Positions 29,585 to 39,675 of a stretch of 64,000 nt of DNA are shown in pieces; position 1 is the stretch's first letter; each line of letters starts with the position of its first letter. Origin of the DNA: Candidatus Thorarchaeota archaeon (GTDB lineage: Archaea; Asgardarchaeota; Thorarchaeia; Thorarchaeales; Thorarchaeaceae). A program made the position numbers and the translations under genes. The stretch lies in assembly GCA_048884965.1 (NCBI GenBank), contig JBHLQH010000005.1:96001-160000 (forward strand). The letters are read 5' to 3'. Under the pieces are notes generated by a model. That model did no database searches. It was not told where the DNA came from and saw nothing but the letters and a program-made list of their open reading frames with translations.

Positions 29585-32263
29585 ATGCAATTGAGAAAGA
29601 AGATGCTAAGCAGCCTAATTATTTTCATCCTTACCATACCATTGATTCCCTTCTTTGTTTCTGAATACAAAGAGGCAGAATCCCCCCTTACAAATGATGG
29701 CAATTCTATTGATTTCGTTTCACTAGAACAGGAATACGGATTAAGTATTCCGCTAGTCGTATGTTTCAATGACGATTTATCTGATGACATAATTAGAGCG
29801 AACTTACAGGCTATCGGAATTACATACAGCTTTGGTGATTTGGAAAGCAGCCAAATAGGACCCTATCATCTACTTCGAGGTTCAAAAGAATCCTATTCGA
29901 CTATGATTGAGGTTCTTGATATCTCCTACATCGCTCCACAGACTTCATGTAGATACACAGAATCAACTCGGGATACATCCATTCCTGAGATTAATGCGAC
30001 TCTAGTCTGGCAGACGGTTGACGAGCTTGATAGAAATGTCACAGGACGTGATATTCTCATCGCTGATTTGGACACTGGTATTGACTGGACACATCCTGAT
30101 TTCTGGTTCGCCAACGGTTCTGCATATAATTGGGGAGAATCTGTTTCTGATGGAACTCCAAGTAATGGAAGCGACTTCATAGATCTAAACGATAGTGGAA
30201 CCGGTAGCGCCAATGAAACATTGCGATTTATCGATTTAGCCGATGACGGATACTTCAATGTCTCAACCGATTGGATTTGGGCTGAAAACCTTACTCAAGA
30301 TGGAATTCCGAATATTGGTGAGCCTTTCTTTGTTGTAGAAGACACAAATGGAAATGACCTGCTTGACTTGGGTGAACAGCTCATCATGCTTAATATGCCA
30401 AAGACCCGATATATCGTTGAGGCTGATGGAACACCATCACGAAACGTCCGCTCTTGGGTCAGAGGTGTAAATCTTACAAGTAGTACTCATGAGGACACTG
30501 ATGGACATGGCACCTCAGTGAGTGGCATCCTTCTCGGTGGCCAAATAGGGTATAGAAAGTACGTCGGTGTTGCACCCGATGCTGAACTGATGATGGTGAA
30601 AGTCCTTGGAGCAAGTAATGAATGGCTTACCATCGAGGAGGGTTTAGCTTGGGCTTATAATCATGGAGCTGATGTAATTCTCATTGAGGTCGGATCCTGG
30701 ACCTACCAATATCTTGATGGTAGCTCTGCTACTGAATCTTTTATCGATACGATTGTTTCGAATGGCGTTCCTGTCATCGCTCCAAGTGGAAATCTTGGTG
30801 GAATGAATAAGCACGCATTGTTTGAGGTTCCTGCTGATAACCCTCATCAGGTTGATTTCCATGTCCCTTCTGATGACCCGCATATTGAGGATGTCTATAT
30901 CACTGTACTTTCCGTTAATACTACAGATTTTGACGCCTGTAATTTCAGTGTTATCATAAACTTTGCCGCATGGGGCGGACCTCTTGTTACGATATATTTG
31001 CATCCAGGTTCAGGATATCAAAACTTCAATCCAGAATCTCCGATTGTCTTTGGTCCAAACATACTGAATGTTGAGTCGTTCACCTCAATATCATCAAGAT
31101 CCACTAGTATGCTGGGTATCCACATCTCTGCTACGACAGCAGCTGGTATTCCTAATACAGATCCGCCGAATGGACCTCCCTATCATCAGGTCAATGTTAC
31201 AGCTCCGCAACAAACGACTTTCCACTGCTACATATCAGATGATCAGAGCTCATGGAGTGGTGGTGCGGTATGGATGACAGACATCTCTGATGGCTATGAA
31301 ATAACTTGGCCATCTACAGCGGACTCTGCAATTAGTGTCGCATCATATCGAGTAAGGAATCTAGTTGCAGCAGAAACAATTGGTGATATAGCCAGTTTCT
31401 CTTCGAGAGGTCCTCGAATCGATGAGGTGCTAAAACAAGGAGTCGCAGCTCCTGGTGGTTATGACATCATTACCGCGTATTCGAATGCGTCTGAATGGTT
31501 CTCATGGTACAACGCATTTGGAGTGCTTGATTTCACAGGACGATTTGCGTCATATCAGTTGTTTAGTGGGACAAGTGCATCAGGACCGCATGTTGCAGGA
31601 TGTGCTGCGTTAATGATGCAAGTAAATTCAACTTGTGGCTCAGTTGTTGGAGACGTTATCGAAGCCACTGCCCTATCTGATATCTACACATCAGCGACTC
31701 CCAATCCAATTTGGGGCTATGGAAAATTGGATGTCTACGGGGCCGTAGAAGCTGTGAATCCTGTTGTAGAGTCCAACGGTCCTGCGATTGGTGTTCCAGA
31801 CACCTCGCTACCTCTAACAGGCACTCCTGTTGAGATCAACGTTACTGTTTCAGACCCTAGTGGAGTGAGTTCGGTTATCTTGCAATACTATAATGGAACT
31901 TCTTGGAACAATATCTCCATGACTTTTGAGAACGGACACTATACCGCGATCATTCCGGGTCTTCCGGCAGGAACGGTTGTATCCTACAGGGTAATTGCAA
32001 ATGATACACTGGGAAATATCGCGGTCAGCCCCTCCTATCTCTACACGGTGCAGGATCCAAGCACCACTACAACCACAACTGAAACTACAACGACCGGAAC
32101 TACAACTGGAACAACCACAGGCACCACGGATACTACGACAGTAACCACTTCACCTACAACGACGCCGATCTCTCCGAATTATCTCAACCTTGCAATAATG
32201 CTAGGGATTGTACTAGCGATTGTTGTTTTAGGTTGCATCGTGTCTAGGAGGCGACAACGATAG
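29585..32263 (+). CDS. Membrane-anchored S8 subtilisin-like serine protease
   Basis: DLDTG, HGT, SGN, GTSASGP; signal peptide; Thr-rich stalk, TM and RRRQR. Confidence 0.92.
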   Translation: MQLRKKMLSSLIIFILTIPLIPFFVSEYKEAESPLTNDGNSIDFVSLEQEYGLSIPLVVCFNDDLSDDIIRANLQAIGITYSFGDLESSQIGPYHLLRGSKESYSTMIEVLDISYIAPQTSCRYTESTRDTSIPEINATLVWQTVDELDRNVTGRDILIADLDTGIDWTHPDFWFANGSAYNWGESVSDGTPSNGSDFIDLNDSGTGSANETLRFIDLADDGYFNVSTDWIWAENLTQDGIPNIGEPFFVVEDTNGNDLLDLGEQLIMLNMPKTRYIVEADGTPSRNVRSWVRGVNLTSSTHEDTDGHGTSVSGILLGGQIGYRKYVGVAPDAELMMVKVLGASNEWLTIEEGLAWAYNHGADVILIEVGSWTYQYLDGSSATESFIDTIVSNGVPVIAPSGNLGGMNKHALFEVPADNPHQVDFHVPSDDPHIEDVYITVLSVNTTDFDACNFSVIINFAAWGGPLVTIYLHPGSGYQNFNPESPIVFGPNILNVESFTSISSRSTSMLGIHISATTAAGIPNTDPPNGPPYHQVNVTAPQQTTFHCYISDDQSSWSGGAVWMTDISDGYEITWPSTADSAISVASYRVRNLVAAETIGDIASFSSRGPRIDEVLKQGVAAPGGYDIITAYSNASEWFSWYNAFGVLDFTGRFASYQLFSGTSASGPHVAGCAALMMQVNSTCGSVVGDVIEATALSDIYTSATPNPIWGYGKLDVYGAVEAVNPVVESNGPAIGVPDTSLPLTGTPVEINVTVSDPSGVSSVILQYYNGTSWNNISMTFENGHYTAIIPGLPAGTVVSYRVIANDTLGNIAVSPSYLYTVQDPSTTTTTTETTTTGTTTGTTTGTTDTTTVTTSPTTTPISPNYLNLAIMLGIVLAIVVLGCIVSRRRQR

Positions 32264-32367
32264 CATCATGAGATAGATTTTTCCGTAAATGAACGCTGTA
32301 TGGGATGGTCTTATATGTACTTGACTTTCTTGCGAATAGCAATCATCAGAATCGGAAGGTATCGTCC

Positions 32368-32715
32368 ATGAAGAAACTCGGGGAGTTTGAACTTCAATTT
32401 AAAGAGGAAGGGACCCAGAAGACGATGCCTGTTGAAGTATTAGTTGATAGAGAGAACACAATCGTTGTGCTCGATTGTAATTGCTGTCAGAATACATTAT
32501 CCAGTAGACTCCCTGGTGGTGTCTTGATACCTATAGCTTCTACGCTGAAAATCTTCTTTGAGAATCATGGAATGAGGAATTTGGGTGTTCGTGTATCAGG
32601 AACCATAATGCGAAGGACATACAAGGGTCTCGCTGATGAAACCATCATTCCTGATATGAAGAGGGAGCTTGAAACAAGCGTTTCTGCATTTTCAAAACGA
32701 AGAAAGAAGAAGTAG
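32368..32715 (+). CDS. Hypothetical protein
   Basis: GGAAGGT before ATG; DCNCC motif. Confidence 0.6.
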   Translation: MKKLGEFELQFKEEGTQKTMPVEVLVDRENTIVVLDCNCCQNTLSSRLPGGVLIPIASTLKIFFENHGMRNLGVRVSGTIMRRTYKGLADETIIPDMKRELETSVSAFSKRRKKK

Positions 32716-32758
32716 AGGAAAAACTCCCCCTACTTCAATGATTTAAAGACTCTAAGTC

Positions 32759-33841
32759 CTATTGGTTCTTTGCCTGGAACTCGGTTAGGAACTCTGCAAG
32801 CGCTTTAACACCATCTACTGGCATCGCATTATAGATAGAAGCTCTCATGCCTCCAACGGATCGATGTCCCTTGAGGCCAATGAGATCCTTCTTGGTTCCC
32901 TCTTCAACCACTTTATTCTCAAGTTCTTCACTCGCCATGGTGAAGGTGACATTCATGAGTGAACGTGAGTCCTTCTTAGCGTGTCCGCGGTAGAAGCCAT
33001 CAGAATGATCAATGACATCGTAGATCATCTTTGCCTTGTCACGATTTTGCTTCTCTATTTTACCTACTCCTCCAAAGTCCTTCCAGTAATCCAAACATAG
33101 CTTGCACATGTATATCGGAAAGACTGGTGGAGTATTAAACATTGAATCTTTGGCATGCGTCTTCCATTTGAGCATCGTTGGTGTTTTTTCAGGCACTCGC
33201 TCAAGCAAGTCCTCCCTAACGATGACCAATGTAACTCCTGCAGGTCCAAGATTCTTCTGAGCACCTGCATATATTGCTCCGAAGTTCTTGACATCAACTT
33301 CCCTGGCCATTAGGTCTGATGACATATCACATACAAGGGGAACACCATCAGGGGTCTTTGGAAACTTCTCCCACTGTGTGCCGTAAAGTGTATTGTTGCT
33401 GGTAATATGGAGATATGCTGAATCCTTTCCCATAGTATATTCGCTAGGAATATGATTGAAGTTCTCGGATTCTGATGAAGCGATGACTTTGACATCACCG
33501 TATAGCTTGGCCTCCTTGATGGCTTTCGTTGACCACCCACCTGTGTTGATATACTCCATGGGTTTCCCTGGCACATGCAAGTTTGCCGCACTCATCATAA
33601 ATTGAGTTGATGCTCCGCCTCCCAACCACATAATCACGTAGTCGCTTGGGACACGCATTAGCTCTCTCACAAGACCTGTTGCCTCATTCATTACTTGCTC
33701 CCATTCATCTGAACGATGGGAGATTTCCATTACAGACATTCCAGTGCCCTTGAAGTCGAGTAACTCCTCTTGTGCTTTCTTTAAAGCAGGTAAGGGGAGA
33801 GTTGCAGGACCTGGATAGAAATTGTAGACTCGTTTTGCCAT
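32759..33841 (-). CDS. serC: Phosphoserine aminotransferase (bacterial-type)
   Basis: NFYPGPA, SVMEISHRS, GAQKNLGPAG, NTPP, GHRSVGGMRASIYNA. Confidence 0.96.
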   Translation of the reverse strand: MAKRVYNFYPGPATLPLPALKKAQEELLDFKGTGMSVMEISHRSDEWEQVMNEATGLVRELMRVPSDYVIMWLGGGASTQFMMSAANLHVPGKPMEYINTGGWSTKAIKEAKLYGDVKVIASSESENFNHIPSEYTMGKDSAYLHITSNNTLYGTQWEKFPKTPDGVPLVCDMSSDLMAREVDVKNFGAIYAGAQKNLGPAGVTLVIVREDLLERVPEKTPTMLKWKTHAKDSMFNTPPVFPIYMCKLCLDYWKDFGGVGKIEKQNRDKAKMIYDVIDHSDGFYRGHAKKDSRSLMNVTFTMASEELENKVVEEGTKKDLIGLKGHRSVGGMRASIYNAMPVDGVKALAEFLTEFQAKNQ

Positions 33842-33858
33842 GTTAATACCCTCTTACA

Positions 33859-35190
33859 TTATTTCAGTTTGTTAATTGTGAACCCTGTCCAGATTTTTGG
33901 TTGAAAGAATGTGCTCTTCTGAGGCATCACCTCAAAGTTCTTCGAAACCGCTTCTACTTCTTTGACCTTTGTGGGGTTCATATAGAACACTGCCTGTGCT
34001 TCAGCTTTCACTGAACTAATAGATTCCTCTATCGCATCACCGATTCCTTTGAGATAGACTACGAATCCGCCTCCTTTCATGGTGCCTTGCTGTAGTTTCT
34101 CTTTATCAATGCCAAGCATCTTGTCTAGAATCAATGCATGCAGAATAGACACATCTAACTTCCGAAGCTCATCTGAGCTTTCCGGTAATATATTCTTCAT
34201 GATAGTGACATCTTTGAGTGTAAGTGTATAGAAGAAGTCATCATTCATGAAGAGGCCAAAAGCGTGCCGTTCTTCTTGGAATTGCGATTCCATCATATCG
34301 AACATCGCTTCTTTATTATCGAATCGTGATATGGTGAAGAATTCTTCAAGTTTATCCAATAGAATATCCTTGTCAAAGTCATCAAGATTCTGAATCAATC
34401 TATGGGTTGGTAGGACCACTAGACCCGGATTGGATATGTTAACAAAAGTGAGCATTCGATAACGAGCTGTTTCGAGCGTAGGATTTTCCTTTGAGAGTTT
34501 CAGTGCAGTCTTGTATCTATGATGCCCGTCAGCGATTATAACATACTTATCCTTCATTAAATGAATGATTTGACTTGTGTCTTCCTGATTGTCTATCTTC
34601 CAGATTCTATGACGAACTGATTCATAATCTGTGACATCGATTGCTGCTTCATTCTTCATCGCCTTTTCTAGGATAGAATCTACTTTGCCTTCGTGGTCAG
34701 GATAGATCACGAATATCTGACCAAAATTAGCCATTGAAGCTCGACATAGGCTTAATCGATCTATGATGTCTTTGGGTAGGGTTTCTTCATGCTGAAGAAC
34801 TCCTGCAAATGATCCGGACTTTGGGGCTTCAGTCGCAAACTCCTCTAATTCTATCAAACCTATGAAGCCAAATCTGAAGAGTTGCTTTCCAAATACTTCA
34901 AAATCTTGCCCGTAGACATAGAAAGACTCTTTCTCATCTTGGACTAGAATTTCATCTCTAATCCATTGTTGAAGATGCTCATTGGCTCTGGTGTACTGAT
35001 TATTATCGTCTGTATCATTTTCTTGTGGCTTATTCTTAGTAATCCACGCTATGTTATACGGCGACAAGGATTGAATCTGATCAACTTTTTCTCCCTTTAT
35101 GATATCATATGGAGGTGCAACAGTTTTTGAGATATCCTTGATTTTTTCCTTATTATATCTGAAAGCCTTGAAGGGAACTACTCGAACCAT
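33859..35190 (-). CDS. DUF1015 family protein
   Basis: PPYDII, HEETL, IADGHHRY, MPQKSTFFQPK; ATG 35190 with AGGAGTGA SD. Confidence 0.92.
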   Translation of the reverse strand: MVRVVPFKAFRYNKEKIKDISKTVAPPYDIIKGEKVDQIQSLSPYNIAWITKNKPQENDTDDNNQYTRANEHLQQWIRDEILVQDEKESFYVYGQDFEVFGKQLFRFGFIGLIELEEFATEAPKSGSFAGVLQHEETLPKDIIDRLSLCRASMANFGQIFVIYPDHEGKVDSILEKAMKNEAAIDVTDYESVRHRIWKIDNQEDTSQIIHLMKDKYVIIADGHHRYKTALKLSKENPTLETARYRMLTFVNISNPGLVVLPTHRLIQNLDDFDKDILLDKLEEFFTISRFDNKEAMFDMMESQFQEERHAFGLFMNDDFFYTLTLKDVTIMKNILPESSDELRKLDVSILHALILDKMLGIDKEKLQQGTMKGGGFVVYLKGIGDAIEESISSVKAEAQAVFYMNPTKVKEVEAVSKNFEVMPQKSTFFQPKIWTGFTINKLK

Positions 35191-35355
35191 ATAGGTCACT
35201 CCTGTATGAAATGGACCAGTGAGCGCTTCGCCGCAGGATGCTAGACATAAGTCTTTCTCATTATGAAATAAACTAATAACGGTTGAATCCCCTATAGTCA
35301 AACTTAAATTCATACCATGCGCGTGCACGCGAACCAAAACATTGGGGGTTTCCTT

Positions 35356-35616
35356 ATGGAGTTCTGCGAGAAGTGTGGTGCTCTAATGCTACCATCAAAA
35401 AAGGACGACAAGAAGACTGTTCTGAAGTGTCGTGAATGTGGGCATGAGAAGAGCATGAAGCCTGATGGATATAAGGTTGAATTTCGTGTTAAACATTCAC
35501 CAAAAGAGAAAATTGTCGTCGTGGAAGAGGACGATCGACAGTTCGAAGAGCTCACTGAGGATGAGAAGAGAGAACGAAGGAAGGAGATTCTTGAGTTCTA
35601 CGAATCTGAGGATTAG
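35356..35616 (+). CDS. RpoM/TFS-like Zn-ribbon protein lacking the C-terminal catalytic ribbon
   Basis: MEFCEKCGALMLP...CRECG, then a charged helix instead of a second ribbon. Confidence 0.8.
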   Translation: MEFCEKCGALMLPSKKDDKKTVLKCRECGHEKSMKPDGYKVEFRVKHSPKEKIVVVEEDDRQFEELTEDEKRERRKEILEFYESED

Positions 35617-35753
35617 GCTCCACTTTCTCTGAATAACCTTTAAGTTCAGCGAATGATATGACAATCTAGTGGAATAAATGGACTCTAGAAGTCGTTGCCA
35701 CCTCCTTTTGTCAACCTTGGTACAAGATTTCAGAAATAGCTGGAGGAAATAAA

Positions 35754-36632
35754 TTGAATAAAATGAACAACTCTTTGATTCACGATGTCCAAACCTATAT
35801 TCTTGAGAACGGCACCGCCGTTGATATTTTGAGACTGGTTTCTGCAGGATATGAGATTCCTTCATCTGTAATTGACGAGGCCTTAGTAAAACTCAAGGCT
35901 TTGCAGAACACAGATGGTGGAATTCCTTTTGACCTAACTCGAGGTAATCCGAGTTCAGCTAAATTGACAGCTGAAATATTACCTCTTCTCCTTAGATTCA
36001 GAGAGTTGTATCCTGAACTCATTAACGCCATGATTTCCTTCTTGATTTCCAGGCAAAAGAAAGACGGAGGATTTGCAGAGACTCTGAACTTGGACTCATA
36101 CATTGAGGACAAATACGGTTCAACAGAAGGCAGAGAATGGTATCCTGTTGGAAAAAGCATCACTTGGTTGACAGGAAAAGCATTGGAAGCTCTTGTGTTA
36201 GTTAATTATGACGATCAGGAGCGCCTTCGACGTTCAAGAGATTTCCTCATGTATTCTCAAAATGAGGACGGGAATTGGCCTGACTACCCTGACCATAGCG
36301 AGTCAGATCCACTAGGCACTGGAAACATATTACCTGCATTGCTCGCTATAGGAGTAGACTCGAATCATAAAGTATACAGAGGCGGCCGAGCTGCGCTCCT
36401 TCACCATCTAGTTACTTCAATCGAGAACAATTCGACATATGATATGGTAGATCTTACTGCCGTAGGAAAACCTGAAACGCCACAAGAACGGGATGTGATT
36501 CTTCGGGGCTTGAATCTAATTATGGTTTCCCAGAACCACGATGGAGGTTGGGCTCCAGTAGGTACTAAGAAGAGTGATCCCGAGCTTAGCTCTATCCTTG
36601 CTTATGTTGCGAAGATATGTTCCAAATATTGA
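35754..36632 (+). CDS. Prenyltransferase/squalene-oxidase-repeat (alpha/alpha barrel) protein
   Basis: Four QW-like repeats: QNTDGG, QKKDGGF, QNEDGNW, QNHDGGW. Confidence 0.8.
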   Translation: MNKMNNSLIHDVQTYILENGTAVDILRLVSAGYEIPSSVIDEALVKLKALQNTDGGIPFDLTRGNPSSAKLTAEILPLLLRFRELYPELINAMISFLISRQKKDGGFAETLNLDSYIEDKYGSTEGREWYPVGKSITWLTGKALEALVLVNYDDQERLRRSRDFLMYSQNEDGNWPDYPDHSESDPLGTGNILPALLAIGVDSNHKVYRGGRAALLHHLVTSIENNSTYDMVDLTAVGKPETPQERDVILRGLNLIMVSQNHDGGWAPVGTKKSDPELSSILAYVAKICSKY

Positions 36633-36644
36633 AGTGGTGATGTC

Positions 36645-37154
36645 TTGGTAGACAAGAGAGTAGCTATCCTGCGGCGTGGAGGTTTCTATGTCGCAGGTGT
36701 GTTTACCCTTAACGGGATATTTTCTTGTAATCTACCAGAGAAGTCACGAGCTGCTGCAATATCCTCTGTTAGCGCGCAAGGACTTGTTGAAGAAAGACGT
36801 TCAGAGGATCTGCAGATTCTTGGGTATATCTTCGATATCATTGGAGGAATCAGAATCGACCCAAATCTAGTGAGATTTGATTTCTCTGGATTCACAGACA
36901 AGCAAATCCGCGTCCTGAAGAGCACACTGAAAATCCCATTTGGTGAAACACGAACATATGAAGGAATAGCCAATGATGCAGGACTTGAAGGTGCTTATCG
37001 ATTTGTAGGAAATGTGATGGCATCCAATAGGTTTCCTCCATTGATTCCCTGCCATCGTGTCGTGGCAAAAAATGGGATTGGTGGCTACGGTGCAGGTGAT
37101 GGAATTCCTACAAAAGTCGCTCTTTTAAAAGCAGAAAGAGCATTCGCGGATTAA
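36645..37154 (+). CDS. ogt: Methylated-DNA-protein-cysteine methyltransferase
   Basis: IPFGETRTY, RFVG, IPCHRVV. Confidence 0.92.
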   Translation: MVDKRVAILRRGGFYVAGVFTLNGIFSCNLPEKSRAAAISSVSAQGLVEERRSEDLQILGYIFDIIGGIRIDPNLVRFDFSGFTDKQIRVLKSTLKIPFGETRTYEGIANDAGLEGAYRFVGNVMASNRFPPLIPCHRVVAKNGIGGYGAGDGIPTKVALLKAERAFAD

Positions 37155-37210
37155 TTTCTCAGAATCCTTTATTTTGATTGTATTATTCAAAGGCATGGGA
37201 CCTATCCTTA

Positions 37211-37705
37211 ATGGGAGTGAAGTTGGTGAACCTTAAGGTAAGAAGAAACGGGGACTTAATAGAACTCCGCAAAGTTGAACTGGAAACACTCAGTCCACCA
37301 CTATTCAGAACACTGATTGGCTACAACTCGCTGAAGCGACTTGGCTATTCAATATCTTTTATTCGACCTAAGAAGAGTTCCAGTGGTGACTTTGAGAGGA
37401 TCCGGTACAACTTCATTGAACGTGGAGCAATGACGAGACAACTGGAAGACAATCTTGAACCTGATATGAAAAGGGGAATTTTGAACCAATTACCTCGTGG
37501 GGATTTCTCGATAGTACTTCTATTAACACAAATTCCAAGAAGAGGAGTCAACATTCGATTGGATAAGTTCGAATACGAGTTCTTGGGCTGCATTTTGATG
37601 CGCAATGATGAGGTCCTTGATGTCGTAATGAACAGCACTCCAACACGTGATATTCTCTTACCACAATACGAAGGCGTTGAAACCCCAGTATCTGAAGCAG
37701 CATAG
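37211..37705 (+). CDS. Hypothetical protein
   Basis: Long ORF in gene-dense context; no motif recognised; start uncertain. Confidence 0.6.
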   Translation: MGVKLVNLKVRRNGDLIELRKVELETLSPPLFRTLIGYNSLKRLGYSISFIRPKKSSSGDFERIRYNFIERGAMTRQLEDNLEPDMKRGILNQLPRGDFSIVLLLTQIPRRGVNIRLDKFEYEFLGCILMRNDEVLDVVMNSTPTRDILLPQYEGVETPVSEAA

Positions 37706-37710
37706 ATGCA

Positions 37711-37869
37711 CTAGAGTTCGCGAGTGACGGGAGTAATTCTCTCTTCGAGTTCTCTAAGTGCTATTCTTTTCTTTCTTGTTTTATTCGCCTGTATGGCAGA
37801 TCTTCCAAATAGTATGGCTAATGGTGCGCCCCACCAAATAAGAATGAAGAGTAGTGAATCTGTCTGCAT
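37711..37869 (-). CDS. 52-aa single-pass membrane protein, not in ORF track
   Basis: MQTDSLLFILIWWGAPLAILFGRSAIQANKTRKKRIALRELEERITPVTREL: TM followed by a basic cluster. Confidence 0.6.
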   Translation of the reverse strand: MQTDSLLFILIWWGAPLAILFGRSAIQANKTRKKRIALRELEERITPVTREL

Positions 37870-37977
37870 TGTTATTTCAACAAGTTCTCGTAATTGAATT
37901 ATATTAAGGCTACCGCCCAGTGCATTTTACATCGCTCATCTTTATCAGGGGAGTGATTCTTCTTTTTGTTGTGAATC

Positions 37978-39651
37978 TTGATGTCGAAAAGTAGCACTCG
38001 ACAGATACCAAAAGCTCTTGCGGATTTTGGTGAGAAGCAGTTTGAAGAAACAGGCCCTGATTCCGTAGAGGTATTGAGGGTAAAGGCTTCTACGATTCGG
38101 AAATATTGGTCGAGGCTTCAAGGGATCGCCTATCTTGTGGCAGTCATTAGTTCGGATCGAGTTCGTGTATACTTCTTCAATGCAAATGCTGTGATGCTTG
38201 TTGGTGAAAATATTGATCATGACCAATACATTAAGGTTCGCGGAAAATCAAAACTCATAAGAAAATATGAACGTCCAAAGCCTCCGACAGAGCTAGAGCT
38301 TAGGATGGAAGCAACTGAAGAGGTTCGATCCGCACTGGCAAAGGCACTCAAACGTGTTTCAAGATTCCTAGGTGAAAAGGAACCTGACTTTCCTAATATC
38401 TACGTTTCCAAATCATTGGAGTTTGGTTCACCACAGGCATTTGGCTTGAAGATTGATGACGATGGGTCTTTCCTCTTCTTGGAATCCCATACTACTCCTT
38501 CCAATCTAGATGTATTGACTCTTAGAAGTGCGTTCCTCACTCTTTTGGACCGACAACGAGCACGATTGGAGCTCTCGCAATGTGTTGCAAACGGTATTAC
38601 TGCAATGCTTCTTAAAGACAAGCCTAGACAAGATTGGATCAAACGGTGGCTTGATGCAACTAAGGATACGGAGTTTCAAGGCATCGTACTGCATCTGGTC
38701 AAACATCTTGAAAGCTATGGATCGAATGGAATATCTAGGATTCTTCATCTTATTCGAAAAGCGCCTTTGTCAAGCCAAATCGAAAAGTGGGAAGACGCAC
38801 TTTATGTAATCCATCGCTATCATGAAGTCAATCTAGGTACAGAAGCTTGGCCATTGGTAGATGGATTTTGCAGGTCGCTCGAAAAATCAAGAAGTCTTGT
38901 CAAGAACAGATATACCTTGGACGCAATACATCTTTCTCCCAGAGTCATCTGCAATGTTGTTCCTCTGGGCTTGAATCTTTTTGCAAACATTCATGAAAGA
39001 TCTCAGGGACTCGATGAGCCTTGGCTCTCCATCGGATTCCTCGAAGGATCGAGACAAGCAAGTTTCGTATTGGATACCAAATCTGGAACCTTTGTTGAAT
39101 CCATATCATATCATCTAAGATTAGATGATGTCTTCCCTAAACATGGCGGGATCCTATCCACTGGAAAAGATATCTTGCGATGGGCTTTATCCAAATTATC
39201 GGTCTTTGATCACGATCCTGCAACATTTGAGATCAAACTCCCTATGAAGGATGCAGTCTTGACAGAGGCCGAAAAGGCGGTCCTTGAGAGATTATCTCTA
39301 GGAGACCCCGACATCCTATCTAATACGTTGGTCGGTTCCCCCCAGAGGATTGAATCATTGGTGAATTCCGGTTGTATCGCAATTATTCCATCCTTCGCAC
39401 ACATAGGCGTTGAACCGAACTATTTGGTTCGTGGCAATATAGATACAATAAACAAATTGATTCTTCCTTGCGTACTTGAAGCAACCGTAATAGAAACTGA
39501 GCAAGACGCTTATGCGGTGGTGTCTGCCCCTTCTGTTTGGGGCCGCCAGTTAACTAGTAGCAGTTGTGATTCGGATTTGAACCTCTACGTACTGAATTCC
39601 ATTGAGTCTCCACGCGCTATAGTCAGAGAGGAGAAGATATTCAGTAAGTGA
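37978..39651 (+). CDS. Hypothetical protein
   Basis: 557-aa ORF; no family recognised. Confidence 0.65.
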   Translation: MMSKSSTRQIPKALADFGEKQFEETGPDSVEVLRVKASTIRKYWSRLQGIAYLVAVISSDRVRVYFFNANAVMLVGENIDHDQYIKVRGKSKLIRKYERPKPPTELELRMEATEEVRSALAKALKRVSRFLGEKEPDFPNIYVSKSLEFGSPQAFGLKIDDDGSFLFLESHTTPSNLDVLTLRSAFLTLLDRQRARLELSQCVANGITAMLLKDKPRQDWIKRWLDATKDTEFQGIVLHLVKHLESYGSNGISRILHLIRKAPLSSQIEKWEDALYVIHRYHEVNLGTEAWPLVDGFCRSLEKSRSLVKNRYTLDAIHLSPRVICNVVPLGLNLFANIHERSQGLDEPWLSIGFLEGSRQASFVLDTKSGTFVESISYHLRLDDVFPKHGGILSTGKDILRWALSKLSVFDHDPATFEIKLPMKDAVLTEAEKAVLERLSLGDPDILSNTLVGSPQRIESLVNSGCIAIIPSFAHIGVEPNYLVRGNIDTINKLILPCVLEATVIETEQDAYAVVSAPSVWGRQLTSSSCDSDLNLYVLNSIESPRAIVREEKIFSK

Positions 39652-39675
39652 AAACTGGTAAGACAGCTGGGCTTC

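Noticed and set aside
32059-32166. ACN-rich repeat (also near 4645-4685 and 58690-58750)
   Set aside because: Ordinary Thr/Pro-rich linkers of surface proteins
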